Assembly: GCA_963719085.1 (NCBI GenBank)
Contig: CAVRAL010000002.1
Span: 10,006-74,005 of the forward strand
Direction: 5' to 3'
DNA length: 64,000 bases
From: a candidate division FCPU426 bacterium
GTDB taxonomy: Bacteria; Oederibacteriota; Muellerivitia; Muellerivitales; Muellerivitaceae
The notes under the pieces are model-generated. The model had not been told where the DNA came from. It saw only the letters and a program-made list of their open reading frames with translations, and made no database searches. Position numbers and translations under genes: made by a program. Shown in pieces: positions 49,239-59,084 of the stretch. Every line of letters begins with the position of its first letter. Positions within the stretch are counted from its first letter, which is position 1.

Positions 49239-50000
49239 TTAAATTAAGAAGAATTGGCGGGCGTTTCGAGTGGTGATTTCGGCGATTTCATCTAAAGAAA
49301 GGCCCTTTACCTGGGCGACGGTCTCCGCGGTCAGCTTCACATAAGCCGGTTCGTTCCGCTTCCCCCGGTGGGGATGGGGCGTCAGATAGGGCGAGTCGGT
49401 CTCGACCACGATTCTTTCCAACGGGATATTGCTGACCGCGTCCCGGATGGACTGGCCATTTTTAAAGGTCACCGGACCCGCGATAGAAAACAAACATCCC
49501 AATTCCATGAAGCGTTCCACAAAATCCGGACCCGCCGAGTAGCAATGCATGAGAATTTTAAGCCCTTGGGCTTTTTGGTTTAAAACCCGCCAAACATCCT
49601 CATGGGCGTCCCGGTCGTGGATGATGATCGGCAGGGAAAGCTCGCGGGCCAGGTTGATCATCCGCTCGAAGACCACGAATTGTTTCTCACGGTTAGAGTC
49701 ATGGTGGTAGTCCAAGCCGATCTCACCAATCCCCTTGGGGTGGGTTTCCCGTGCCAAGCGCTCGATTTTCAGAAGTTCCGCTTCATCAAACCGATCCACA
49801 TCGGAGGGGTGGGCCCCGATGGTGTGATAAACCACCCCGGGATGCCGGGAGGCGATTGCCGCGGCGGCCGCGGAGCTTTTCTCATCGGTGCCAATCGTAA
49901 CCATTAATCCGATCCCGTCCGCCCGGGCCCTAGCCAGGACCGCGTCTTCCTCTTGTGTCAAACGCTCATCATCCAAATGACAGTGGGTATCAATCAACAT
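49239..50000 (-). CDS. tatD: TatD family hydrolase
   Basis: DTHCH, GEIGLDY, HDRDA, HCYS, ETDSPYL.P. Confidence 0.96.
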   Translation of the reverse strand: MLIDTHCHLDDERLTQEEDAVLARARADGIGLMVTIGTDEKSSAAAAAIASRHPGVVYHTIGAHPSDVDRFDEAELLKIERLARETHPKGIGEIGLDYHHDSNREKQFVVFERMINLARELSLPIIIHDRDAHEDVWRVLNQKAQGLKILMHCYSAGPDFVERFMELGCLFSIAGPVTFKNGQSIRDAVSNIPLERIVVETDSPYLTPHPHRGKRNEPAYVKLTAETVAQVKGLSLDEIAEITTRNARQFFLI

Positions 50001-51435
50001 GGCCGTTCGCCTTTTCTTTGTTTTTCAAAACAACCCAGTCCTCGGAGTCGAACAAAACCCTGTAGCCCTGGGATTTTTTCAACTTCAGAATTCCCGACAA
50101 GTTTTCCCGGCTCAAGGGCCATCCGTTCTCATCTAGCGCCACAATCACGTAATCTTCCGCCGGCGGGCTTTCTGCCCATCTCTCATCCATCCGGTCAATC
50201 ACTTCCCGGTGCGATAGATGAGGAATCACGCTGGATTGCGCCAACACCGACGCCCCTTCCGGAATCAGACTCAACGCTTCCTTTCCGGTTTCCTCCGCCT
50301 GGGTAAAACGCCAGAAGGGATACCGGATAAAGTGACCCATAGGTTGATGAGGAAGTTGAAAGGCGATGATGTTGAAAACCAAGATCAAAATCGCAAGGCC
50401 GCGCAGGACCTTTCCCCGAAACGCTGGATCCTTCATTCGCTGGAAAAGCCGGTAAAACCCGTCCGCGGAAGCCAGGCAAAGAATGGGGGCTGCCATCACA
50501 TTGTATTGATACATCATCACCCAAAAGTCCGGATCGTCGGATAACATTCTTTCGCAAATTAAAGGAACGGCCAATAGTCCCCAAGGTGAAAAAAAGGCGC
50601 CAAAAAAATAAGGCAAAAACAAACAAAGGATCGTGATCGTTTTGGTCGAGTTTGAAAAAAGTATTCCCAAAACTTTAAAAGGATGCGCGAGGCAAGTCTC
50701 CACGGCTTGAAGGGGCCCCAATCCCAATTGGGCGAATCGCCAATGGGTATAAGGCCTTTCACCCAAATAGGGGATCAAAAACTTGACCTCAAACAGGAAC
50801 AGGGCCAAAGCCGCTCCCGAAAGGATCAGCCCCTTGCCCCACTTTCCCCCCACCATTAAAACAACTCCAAAAAAAACCGCCAATAAACACAAGTTCTCCT
50901 TGCACATCGCCATAAAAAAAACGCATCCAAAAAAAGGCCACCATTTTTCCTCGTCGGCAAAATAAATAGCGAAGGCGGCCGCCGGTACCGCCAAGGTCAA
51001 TTCGTGGAAATCAAAAGCCGCCTCGGCCTGCAGTTCCCAAAGCAGGGTGTAAGAAACCGCGAAACAAACACCCGCAAACCGTCCCAGTCTTTTCCGGGTA
51101 AAAAGATAAATGGGAAATAGCGGAAGCGTCAGAAGGACCGCTTGGGCCACTAGAATCATTTCCACATGGGGATAAATCCAATAAAGGGGGGCCAAAAAGG
51201 CCATCGTGGGGTCGAAATGATCCCCCAATAAATTGTTGAAATGGCTGATGGTGTCGGAGGGAACCTCGAACCGGCTGTAATGCCAAACGGCATGATCGGC
51301 GATGCCTAAATCAAAATCCGCGCTTTGAAAATGCCAATGGCGAAAGAGGGACAAAACCGAGTAAGCCGCCACCGCGAAGATCCAATAGGCAAAAAGGCCC
51401 TTTTCCTCACGGAGCCATTCCATCGACTTTATCAT
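49990..51435 (-). CDS. DUF2079-like polytopic membrane protein (probable GT-C fold)
   Basis: DLGI, LGDHF.P, FDFH, KE motifs with many TM helices. Confidence 0.8.
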   Translation of the reverse strand: MIKSMEWLREEKGLFAYWIFAVAAYSVLSLFRHWHFQSADFDLGIADHAVWHYSRFEVPSDTISHFNNLLGDHFDPTMAFLAPLYWIYPHVEMILVAQAVLLTLPLFPIYLFTRKRLGRFAGVCFAVSYTLLWELQAEAAFDFHELTLAVPAAAFAIYFADEEKWWPFFGCVFFMAMCKENLCLLAVFFGVVLMVGGKWGKGLILSGAALALFLFEVKFLIPYLGERPYTHWRFAQLGLGPLQAVETCLAHPFKVLGILFSNSTKTITILCLFLPYFFGAFFSPWGLLAVPLICERMLSDDPDFWVMMYQYNVMAAPILCLASADGFYRLFQRMKDPAFRGKVLRGLAILILVFNIIAFQLPHQPMGHFIRYPFWRFTQAEETGKEALSLIPEGASVLAQSSVIPHLSHREVIDRMDERWAESPPAEDYVIVALDENGWPLSRENLSGILKLKKSQGYRVLFDSEDWVVLKNKEKANGHVD

Positions 51436-51512
51436 CGATCCCCAGCTTTCATTTCAGGAATAAATCATTCCTTTTTCTTTTCAACCCAAGGGGCCAAGGC
51501 AATCAACCAACA

Positions 51513-53375
51513 TTATTCATTTTTTTCTGAAATCGCTTTATTTATTTCAGCCAATAACTTTTCATACAAAGAGTCAAAATCTTTTTGATTGACGGAATCC
51601 GTCAAATCCTTTTTATCCACCTCAATAATTTCTCGTCTTTTATCCGGCATCCTAACATAAAAACCGAACCGATTCTTTTGCATCAATTTCTTATACTCAA
51701 TGCCCGAGCTCGCCAACCATCCAAACTCCAATTTCGCTTCATTCTTTAATTTCAAATAATCGGCGATTTTCTTCTTCAGTCTTTTTTGCGCCTCAGGAAT
51801 ATAGCTTTCATTGGAGGCATGTTCTTGTGCTTCCTTTTCAATTCGAGGAAACAAGGGTGTTCCAAGCTCGACCTTTTGACCAATCGGCAAAAGATCCCAT
51901 TGCGTAGTTTCAGAAAACGCATGATCATGAACTTGATCTTTAAAACCCAATTTTTTCCAAATGGCCTGGGCGGCAAACGGCATAAACGGGGCTAATCGAA
52001 TCGCAGTGATCTTTAAAACAACAGCCAAATCGAACATTACATTTCCTAGTTCGGCCCTTCCAGAGTCTCCTTGTTTGGCCAATTTCCAAGGCGCGGAAAC
52101 TTCTATGTATTTATTCGCCGCTTTTATTAATTCCCAATATTCCCCTAAAACCGTTCCGAACTCCAATTCATTAATGAATTTTTCAATGTTCTCTGAGGTC
52201 CCGTATTCCCACGCTTCTTTCAATTCAGTATTCAAAACTCTATTAATCTGCGCCGCCGGAATGATTCCACCAAAGTATTTTTCAATCATGGCAAGAGTTC
52301 TAGAAACTAAATTCCCAAGGTCGTTTGCCAAATCGCCATTAAAACGAAGCTCAAAAGCTTCTTGCGTGAAGGTGCCATCGAACCCAAAAACAACTTCCCT
52401 CAAAAGGTAATAACGCAATGCGTCAGGGCCATAAAGACCAATAATGTCCATTGGGTTGATGACATTCCCCAGGCTCTTGGACATCTTTTCCCCGCCCTGG
52501 GTGATGAAGCCAGTACCGAACACTTTTTTAGGCAAAGGAAGATCCGCCGCCAGTAACATGGTTGGCCAAATTGTTGTGTGAAAACGCAAAATATCTTTTC
52601 CAATAATATGGACATCTGCTGGCCAGTATTTTTTGAAATTCTCCCCATTAGGCCAACCAAGCGCAGAAATATAATTAATTAACGCATCAAACCAAACATA
52701 GATCGTGGTGGTTTCTGGAACGGGTGCCGAAATTCCCCATTTTACCGTCGATCGAGTGATCGAAACGTCTTCCAAACCCGGCTTAATAAAATTATTTATC
52801 ATTTCATTTTTTCGACTTGGCGGTTGAATGAAGTCGGGATTGTCTTCCAAATATTGCTCTAATTGTTTCTGAAAGCTCTTCATTTTGAAAAAGTAGTTTT
52901 CTTCTTTTATCTTCTCGACCGGGCGGCCGCAATCGGGGCATTTACCGTCAATGACTTCCGAATCCAATAAAAATTTCTCGTCCGGCACGCAATACCAGCC
53001 CTCATAATCGGCTTTGTAAATAAACCCGTTCTTTTGGACCAACGCGAAAAAAGCCTGGGCGGCCTTTTTGTGGTCCTCATCGGTCGTTCGGATAAAACGG
53101 TCGTAGGAAATCCCTAAGCTTTTCCAGGCTTCCTTAAAACGTTCCACTACCTGGTCGGCTAATTGTTTGGGCTCCAGGCCCTTCTCTTTTGCGGTTTTGG
53201 CGATCTTTTGGCCGTGCTCGTCGGTCCCGGTGAGAAAAAAAACATCAAACCCGTCCATCCGTTTGAACCGGGCTAAGACATCGGCTCCCACGGTGGCGTA
53301 AGCATGGCCGATATGCGGGATATCGTTGACGTAGTAGATGGGGGTGGTGACGTAAAAGGTCGGTTTAACGGACAT
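51513..53375 (-). CDS. metG: Methionine--tRNA ligase with an atypical C-terminal extension
   Basis: TTPIYYVN, HIGH, GTDEHG, YVWFDAL, GKDI, KMSKS, LANDLGN, LFPRI. Confidence 0.96.
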   Translation of the reverse strand: MSVKPTFYVTTPIYYVNDIPHIGHAYATVGADVLARFKRMDGFDVFFLTGTDEHGQKIAKTAKEKGLEPKQLADQVVERFKEAWKSLGISYDRFIRTTDEDHKKAAQAFFALVQKNGFIYKADYEGWYCVPDEKFLLDSEVIDGKCPDCGRPVEKIKEENYFFKMKSFQKQLEQYLEDNPDFIQPPSRKNEMINNFIKPGLEDVSITRSTVKWGISAPVPETTTIYVWFDALINYISALGWPNGENFKKYWPADVHIIGKDILRFHTTIWPTMLLAADLPLPKKVFGTGFITQGGEKMSKSLGNVINPMDIIGLYGPDALRYYLLREVVFGFDGTFTQEAFELRFNGDLANDLGNLVSRTLAMIEKYFGGIIPAAQINRVLNTELKEAWEYGTSENIEKFINELEFGTVLGEYWELIKAANKYIEVSAPWKLAKQGDSGRAELGNVMFDLAVVLKITAIRLAPFMPFAAQAIWKKLGFKDQVHDHAFSETTQWDLLPIGQKVELGTPLFPRIEKEAQEHASNESYIPEAQKRLKKKIADYLKLKNEAKLEFGWLASSGIEYKKLMQKNRFGFYVRMPDKRREIIEVDKKDLTDSVNQKDFDSLYEKLLAEINKAISEKNE

Positions 53376-53514
53376 GGATTCTCCTGACAGGGTTTAAAAG
53401 GCCCATCTTTGAACCGTCAAAGTTCAAACTTGAGCCATAGGGTACACAGAAAAATCACTATAAAAAAGTCATTTCCAGGGTCGAAATCAAGGGAGGTTTT
53501 AATTTAAATACGGA

Positions 53515-54558
53515 TCAGATTTGAACGGCCTGATCGATAAAAGGGGTAAAAACGATCTCCCCTTTTTTGAATCCATCCCGCAGTTCCATGAACAAATGAT
53601 CCAATACCATGCGGGCGGAGAGATAGGCCGGGATAATATCCAGGTGCTTTTGAAGCGAACGCAATACCTGTTCCGGCGGGAGGCCCTGAAGCCTCGCGGG
53701 AATGGCCTCGGATCCGAAAAGTCTGCGGTTCCAAATGCCGGCATAAATTCGAAGGGCCGCCTTGGCCACCTCGGCCTTGCGCTGGGCCGCGGTCCATTCC
53801 TCATTCTCAAAAAACTCAGGTTCCATTTGTTCATAGTTCAGCGCAATCTGCAGCCAATCCCCGTCGTTGCCGCTCAAGGCCCGGTCAAAATCCGTCTTGA
53901 CCTTGTCCGTGAATTGCGCCCAAGCCGGGTCGGCGAATTTCAAAGCCAGGGTCATATTCCCGCCGGCGATTTCAGCGGCTTCCCGCGCTTTCGCCTTATC
54001 CCACCCGTAGTTTTTGATAAGGATGGTTTCCACGGCGGCCGTTGCCAAGGTCCCAAACCGAACCGGCCGGCAGCGGGAAAGCACCGTGGGCAGGAAACTG
54101 GCCGATCTTTCAGCCAATAGAACCACCAGGGTCTTGGCCGGCGGTTCTTCCAGCGTCTTTAAAAAGGCGTTTTGGGCGTCCCGGTTCATGCGGTCGGCTT
54201 CCGCCACCACCGCGATCTTGATCGGCGCGGACAGGGGCGCGTTGCTGAGCTTTTTTTCCAGCTCCCGGGTCGACTCCACGGTAACCTCGTTTTTGCCTTC
54301 CTCGCGGGTCAGCCAAAAAAAGTCTGGATGGGTTTTATTCAAAACCTGGCGGCAGGCGGCGCAACCCGCGCAACCCGGACCTTGAAGGCAAAAAAGAGTC
54401 CGCGCCAAAGCCAGGGCATGGGTCTTTTTGCCCGAACCTTCGGGCCCGGTCCAAAGCATGGTCAGGACGGACTTTTGTGCCAATAGCTTTTCAAGGACAG
54501 CTTTTGCTTCGGGCTGGGAATCCAGCGCTTCAAGCCGGGGGATATTGAACTCAGCCAC
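53515..54558 (-). CDS. holB: DNA polymerase III delta' subunit
   Basis: GPEGSGK, Cys cluster, HPD, QNAFLKTLEEP, LPTVLSRC; downstream of tmk. Confidence 0.88.
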   Translation of the reverse strand: MAEFNIPRLEALDSQPEAKAVLEKLLAQKSVLTMLWTGPEGSGKKTHALALARTLFCLQGPGCAGCAACRQVLNKTHPDFFWLTREEGKNEVTVESTRELEKKLSNAPLSAPIKIAVVAEADRMNRDAQNAFLKTLEEPPAKTLVVLLAERSASFLPTVLSRCRPVRFGTLATAAVETILIKNYGWDKAKAREAAEIAGGNMTLALKFADPAWAQFTDKVKTDFDRALSGNDGDWLQIALNYEQMEPEFFENEEWTAAQRKAEVAKAALRIYAGIWNRRLFGSEAIPARLQGLPPEQVLRSLQKHLDIIPAYLSARMVLDHLFMELRDGFKKGEIVFTPFIDQAVQI

Positions 54559-55204
54559 GGCGGGGCCTCCTGGCCGGTTTGGGAAGACGCGCGATCAACC
54601 CTTCGATCATTCGCTGATAAACCTTATCCGGTTCTTGGTTGGCGTCAATCACGATAAAACGCTTTTTTTCTCGCTTCGCGGTTTTCAAAAACACCCGGCG
54701 CACGGCCTGGTGGAACTTAATCTTTTCCTGTTCCATTCGGTCTTTTCCCTTGCCGCGTCCCAAAGCCCTTTTGAGCCCCACTTGAACCGGAACATCAAAT
54801 AAGAGGGTCAAATCCGGCGAAAGCCCGTTGGTGGCGCTCCGGTTAAACTCCGAAAGCATTTTAAGGTCAAAACCCCGGCCGCCGCCTTGATAGGCCAGCG
54901 TGGAATCGGTATAACGGTCGCACAGCACGACTTTTCCTTCGCGCAAAGCCGGAATTAAAATTTCTTGCACATGCTGGGCCCGATCGGCGAGAAAAAGATG
55001 AAGTTCGGCTTGGGGCGCGAGCCGATAGTCCAGCCGATTCAAAATCCAACGGCGAAGATGGGTGCTCAGACGGGACCCACCCGGTTCCCGGGTCAACACA
55101 TGGGGAATGCGCGACTTTTTCAGCAGCTCACCCAGCCGGTGAAGCTGGGTGGTTTTGCCCGATCCCTCGGTGCCCTCAAAAGTAATGAAGAGTCCTTTTT
55201 TCAA
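54551..55204 (-). CDS. tmk: Thymidylate kinase
   Basis: FITFEG.EGSGKTT, TREPGG, DRAQH, DRY.DST.AYQG; TTG at 55204 with an AAAGGA RBS. Confidence 0.95.
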   Translation of the reverse strand: MKKGLFITFEGTEGSGKTTQLHRLGELLKKSRIPHVLTREPGGSRLSTHLRRWILNRLDYRLAPQAELHLFLADRAQHVQEILIPALREGKVVLCDRYTDSTLAYQGGGRGFDLKMLSEFNRSATNGLSPDLTLLFDVPVQVGLKRALGRGKGKDRMEQEKIKFHQAVRRVFLKTAKREKKRFIVIDANQEPDKVYQRMIEGLIARLPKPARRPRRG

Positions 55205-55291
55205 CGGGTTTCCTTTAAATGACAGCGTCAGGCCGCTCGGCCCATGAATTTTAACCTTTTCGACAAGAAAAAAACGCATTCAATTTTGAAA

Positions 55292-56896
55292 TCACGGATT
55301 TGGCCGCGTCTTTCGCCAAACAAAAACACTCCAGCCTTCCTGGTTAAAATCAACGCGGTGGTCCAACCGGTAGCTCAGACCGCGCAATTGGCCCTCCACC
55401 TCGAAAAGGGCTTGCGGACCATCCAAACCCTCCACCCAAATTAACCCGATTTCCCGGCTGTTTTGCGCCGCCGCGATCGCCTCACGGCTCAGCGGCGTCC
55501 GGTTATAAGCCGCGATTAAAATCTGGTTCCGTGAAAAGTATCGGACGGTTTCCGACACCCAATAATTGGCGAACCCCGCCCGGATTCCAGCCTGTTCTAA
55601 ACAAACCGCGATATGGGCTCCCGGATGCTGCCGGGCCGGCCCGCGCAAATTCGCGATTAAAAAAATAGCGTTAAAAACCATCCAAAGGGAAAGTAAAATA
55701 ACCCATAACTTCCCGGACCAACCCTTCACAACACTCGAATGCGCGGCCCAAAGCCCCAGCCCTAAAGCCGGCACCAGCTGTCCGAAACCCAAATAACGCA
55801 AGGTCAGGGCGTCCGCGCTTTGACTTCCGAAAATAAAAAAAACCAAAAAACTGAGAAAAGGGCCGCCCCAAAGAATCGCTTCCGCCCAACGGGGCTTTCG
55901 AAGCGACAAAAAACTTCCCACGGCCGTGGCCAAAAAAAGAACCCAAAAAATCAAAGGGACCCAAAATGAGACCCAAGGCGGGGGAGGCGGATGGAGCGAT
56001 AGCCCTAACGGGCTTTGTTGAAAAAAATCGTAAGGCAGAACCGAAACCCAGTAAAGCGGCCAAGTTTGCAAAACCATCTTCGCGTGATAAACCCAGTCCG
56101 AGGGAGGCGCCAAACCCAAATGGAGGTAGCTGGAGTTGGCCTTATCAAACCAAGGGTGATGATCCACATTCAACCACCCGCCCAACAGGCCGCCGAGAAC
56201 AGCCGCTCCCCAGTTCCGCCGGCTTTTAAAGGGAAAAAAGGTCTTTTTAAAGAAGAATTCATAAACCAACACAGGCCACAAGAAAAAAGCGACAAACGGA
56301 TCATCCAAAAGCCCTCGGACCGACAGAAAGCCAAAAGCGAAAATCGAAAAGTCGTTTCGAAACCACTGTCCGGCGAATAAAACCAAAAGGGCTCCATAAA
56401 AATAAAAAGACCTTATTTCCGAAAGCTGGATCCCCAGATAAGAAAGGCAGGGAGCCGGAATGGCCATCAAAAGCAACATCGGAAACGCGGCATTCCAATT
56501 CCCTTCCGTTTTTTGATTCAAAACAAGGGCCCAGGCTAAATAAATCAAAAGACTGGCCGCGCAGAATAAAAAAGGAAGCGCCGTTATTTTTCCATCGGCC
56601 AAAAACGCGTACATCCGGCAAGTTAAATAGGCGGGATGCCTGAAAAAATTCGTCGGGGGGATAAAATCATGGCTTTCGGGCGATTTCGATTGGGCCAGGA
56701 CCGAACGGCAAACCGTGATTTCGTCGCTGTTTAAAGACTCGTAACCATGAACCACGAATTCAGCGCGAATCCAAAATCCAATGACAAACGATAACCCCAG
56801 TACAACCCACCACCCGCGGGACTTTCGGGGGCTGGGGTTGAAAAAATCGGGAACAATGTTTCTAAGAAAAGAGAAGGGTTGGCTCATTTCATCCAC
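55292..56896 (-). CDS. Polytopic membrane protein, possible GT-C (ArnT/PMT-like) glycosyltransferase
   Basis: First TM followed by NSDE, many TM segments, late RYL motif, soluble C-terminal domain with G.ANYW. Confidence 0.6.
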   Translation of the reverse strand: MDEMSQPFSFLRNIVPDFFNPSPRKSRGWWVVLGLSFVIGFWIRAEFVVHGYESLNSDEITVCRSVLAQSKSPESHDFIPPTNFFRHPAYLTCRMYAFLADGKITALPFLFCAASLLIYLAWALVLNQKTEGNWNAAFPMLLLMAIPAPCLSYLGIQLSEIRSFYFYGALLVLFAGQWFRNDFSIFAFGFLSVRGLLDDPFVAFFLWPVLVYEFFFKKTFFPFKSRRNWGAAVLGGLLGGWLNVDHHPWFDKANSSYLHLGLAPPSDWVYHAKMVLQTWPLYWVSVLPYDFFQQSPLGLSLHPPPPPWVSFWVPLIFWVLFLATAVGSFLSLRKPRWAEAILWGGPFLSFLVFFIFGSQSADALTLRYLGFGQLVPALGLGLWAAHSSVVKGWSGKLWVILLSLWMVFNAIFLIANLRGPARQHPGAHIAVCLEQAGIRAGFANYWVSETVRYFSRNQILIAAYNRTPLSREAIAAAQNSREIGLIWVEGLDGPQALFEVEGQLRGLSYRLDHRVDFNQEGWSVFVWRKTRPNP

Positions 56897-56922
56897 ACAA
56901 TGCCATTAAAAGAGATTGATTA

Positions 56923-56966
56923 AAATAAAAAAAGCCCCGTCCCGCGGAGGCGGGAACGGGGCTTTT
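56923..56966 (-). terminator. Intrinsic terminator after rplL
   Basis: Stem AAAGCCCCGT.CCCGC/GCGGG.ACGGGGCTTT with a long T tail on the minus strand. Confidence 0.85.
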
Positions 56967-56978
56967 GGGCGGCCAAGA

Positions 56979-57359
56979 TTACTTGACTTCGATCTCGGCT
57001 CCGCTTTCCTTGAACTTCTCGACGATTCCATCGGCTTCGGCTTTCGCGACTCCCGTCTTGATCGGCTTCGGGGCTCCGTCCACCAAGTCCTTGGCTTCCT
57101 TCAAGCCCAAGCCGGTGACTTCCCGGACGACCTTGATGACGCTGATCTTGTTGCCGCCAGCGGCCTTCAAGATCACGTCGAATCCGGTCTTTTCCTCGGC
57201 AGCGGCCGCGCCAGCGCCGGCTCCAGCAGCGGCAACGGCCACGGGGGCCGCGGCGGACACGCCGAACTTGGTCTCAAGCGCCTTCACCAATTCGTTTAAC
57301 TCCAAAACGGTCATCCCTTCGATGGCCGTGATCATCTCGTCTTTTGTCAAAGTAGGCAT
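56979..57359 (-). CDS. rplL: 50S ribosomal protein L7/L12
   Basis: [36 protein letters not shown]. Confidence 0.98.
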   Translation of the reverse strand: MPTLTKDEMITAIEGMTVLELNELVKALETKFGVSAAAPVAVAAAGAGAGAAAAEEKTGFDVILKAAGGNKISVIKVVREVTGLGLKEAKDLVDGAPKPIKTGVAKAEADGIVEKFKESGAEIEVK

Positions 57360-57414
57360 TTCATTCTCCTCAAAGTTTTAGGGGCTTTCGCCCGGTGAAC
57401 ATTCAGTTGATAAG

Positions 57415-57957
57415 TTAAGCGGCTTTGCCTTTGGCTTTCGCCACAGCGTCCAAGGCATAAACCAATTTGCGAGCCGGACCCGCCAATACCTGCACAATGC
57501 CGGTAATCGGCGACTTCATGCTGCCCAACATCTTGGACAACAACACTTCCTTGCTCGGCAGGTTCGCCAGGGCCTTCACATCCTTGTCCGTCATCAGTTG
57601 GCCGTCCAGCCAACCTCCCTTGATGGACAATTTCGCGTGGTCCTTCGCGAATTTAGAAAGCACCCGCGCGGGAGCCAGCGCGTCGTCCATCGCCAAAGCG
57701 ATAGCCGTCGGCCCCGTCAACAAATCGTCCAAGACCGTGATCTTGTGTTTGTTGAAAGCGATCCGGGCCAGATTGTTCTTCACCACGTGGTACTCGACCT
57801 TCGCGTGGAAAAGCTGGGCCCGAAGCAGCGTCACTTCCTCAACCGTCAGACCCGAATATCCGGTCACGACAGCCGATTTCGCCTCTTGGAGCCGTTCATA
57901 AAAGGCCGTCATGGCCTCGACTTTCTCCGATTTTGGTTCGCGTTTCGTATCCGCCAA
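57415..57957 (-). CDS. rplJ: 50S ribosomal protein L10
   Basis: YSGLTV...LR, VVKNNL, GPTA, LPSKE.LL; TTG at 57957 with a GAGGGG RBS. Confidence 0.96.
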   Translation of the reverse strand: MADTKREPKSEKVEAMTAFYERLQEAKSAVVTGYSGLTVEEVTLLRAQLFHAKVEYHVVKNNLARIAFNKHKITVLDDLLTGPTAIALAMDDALAPARVLSKFAKDHAKLSIKGGWLDGQLMTDKDVKALANLPSKEVLLSKMLGSMKSPITGIVQVLAGPARKLVYALDAVAKAKGKAA

Positions 57958-58097
57958 AAAAATCACCACCCCTCTTAATATTTTCGACCCGGCCTTAGCC
58001 CAAAAGGCTTCGCCGGGCTTTACAGGGAAAAGGGAAAATAAAAAACCCTTCACCCGAAACGACCGGATGAAGGGTAAGAAGCTACCGTCTTCTCGCG

Positions 58098-58166
58098 GAC
58101 CGTCTCGGCGGGAAACATTAAGGCTTAAGGAAACTTACCCTCAAACCACCCGCTGTCTTAGACATC
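58098..58166 (-). promoter_or_regulatory. Ribosomal protein L10 leader (autoregulatory RNA)
   Basis: Minus strand reads CTAAGACAGCGGG...TTAA...CCCGCCGAGACGG upstream of rplJ, matching the AAGAC...TTAA...GAG L10-leader pattern; boundaries approximate. Confidence 0.75.
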
Positions 58167-58243
58167 CTTTACGCCGAAGCCTTTGACAGCCTCGGATCGT
58201 AGACTCTCAATTGTTCAACCTGCCGGTTCGGCCCGACTTGATA

Positions 58244-58954
58244 TCAGGCCTTCACCGTCTTGGTGTACTCGGCGGTTTCCAGTTTAATGCCGGGGCCCAT
58301 GCTGGAAGTCAGGTGGGCGGACATCAAGTAGGTTCCCTTGGCCGAAGCCGGCTTCACCGACACCAAGGTGCGGATCAGCGATTGGGCGTTCTCAATAATC
58401 TGCTGCTCCGTGAACTGGATCTTGCCGACACCGGCGTGGCAGATACCCTGATCATCCACGCGGTACTCAATTTTACCGGCCTTAATTTCTTTCACGGCTT
58501 GACCAACGTTCGCGGTGACCGTTCCAGCTTTAGGATTCGGCATCAAGCCCTTGGGGCCGAGCACCTTTCCGAGCTTACCGGTTTCACGCATGATGTCCGG
58601 AGTGGCGACCAAGACGTCGAAGTCGAGAAATCCACCGGCGATTTTATCAATGAGTTCGTTGTCGCCGAAGAAATCAGCTCCGGCCAATTCCGCTTCCTTA
58701 ATTTTTTCGCCCTTGGCCAAAACGGCCACACGCAAGGTTTTTCCGGTTCCATGAGGAAGGCTCACGGTGCCGCGAACCTGTTGGTCGGCTTTTTTAGGAT
58801 CCACGCCCAAACGGATATGAAGTTCGACGGTTTCGTTGAATTTAGCGGGAGCGGCTTTTTTGAGGATGCCAACCGCTTCCGTGAGGGGATAAGACTTGGT
58901 GCGATCCACCAACTCGTAATTCTTGCGATTTCTTTTGCTTGCCTTGACGCTCAT
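58244..58954 (-). CDS. rplA: 50S ribosomal protein L1
   Basis: [40 protein letters not shown]. Confidence 0.98.
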   Translation of the reverse strand: MSVKASKRNRKNYELVDRTKSYPLTEAVGILKKAAPAKFNETVELHIRLGVDPKKADQQVRGTVSLPHGTGKTLRVAVLAKGEKIKEAELAGADFFGDNELIDKIAGGFLDFDVLVATPDIMRETGKLGKVLGPKGLMPNPKAGTVTANVGQAVKEIKAGKIEYRVDDQGICHAGVGKIQFTEQQIIENAQSLIRTLVSVKPASAKGTYLMSAHLTSSMGPGIKLETAEYTKTVKA

Positions 58955-58964
58955 AATGCCTCCC

Positions 58965-59002
58965 GTGGTTCAAGCGTCTCGCCTCAAGGGCGAGACTCCC
59001 AC
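58965..59002 (-). promoter_or_regulatory. L1-binding mRNA element upstream of rplA
   Basis: GTGGGAG-[TCTCGCC stem GGCGAGA]-...GAACCAC next to the GGGAGG RBS, mimicking the 23S rRNA L1 site. Confidence 0.72.
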
Positions 59003-59084
59003 AGTTAATAACCCCGGCTAGGCCGGGGGACCTTCAGCCCCTCGCGGGGACTTCGACTTACTTTGTGACTTCGCCCACTCGTGG

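Noticed and set aside
53376..53514. T-box or SAM riboswitch upstream of metG
   Set aside because: No recognisable conserved riboswitch motifs or terminator.
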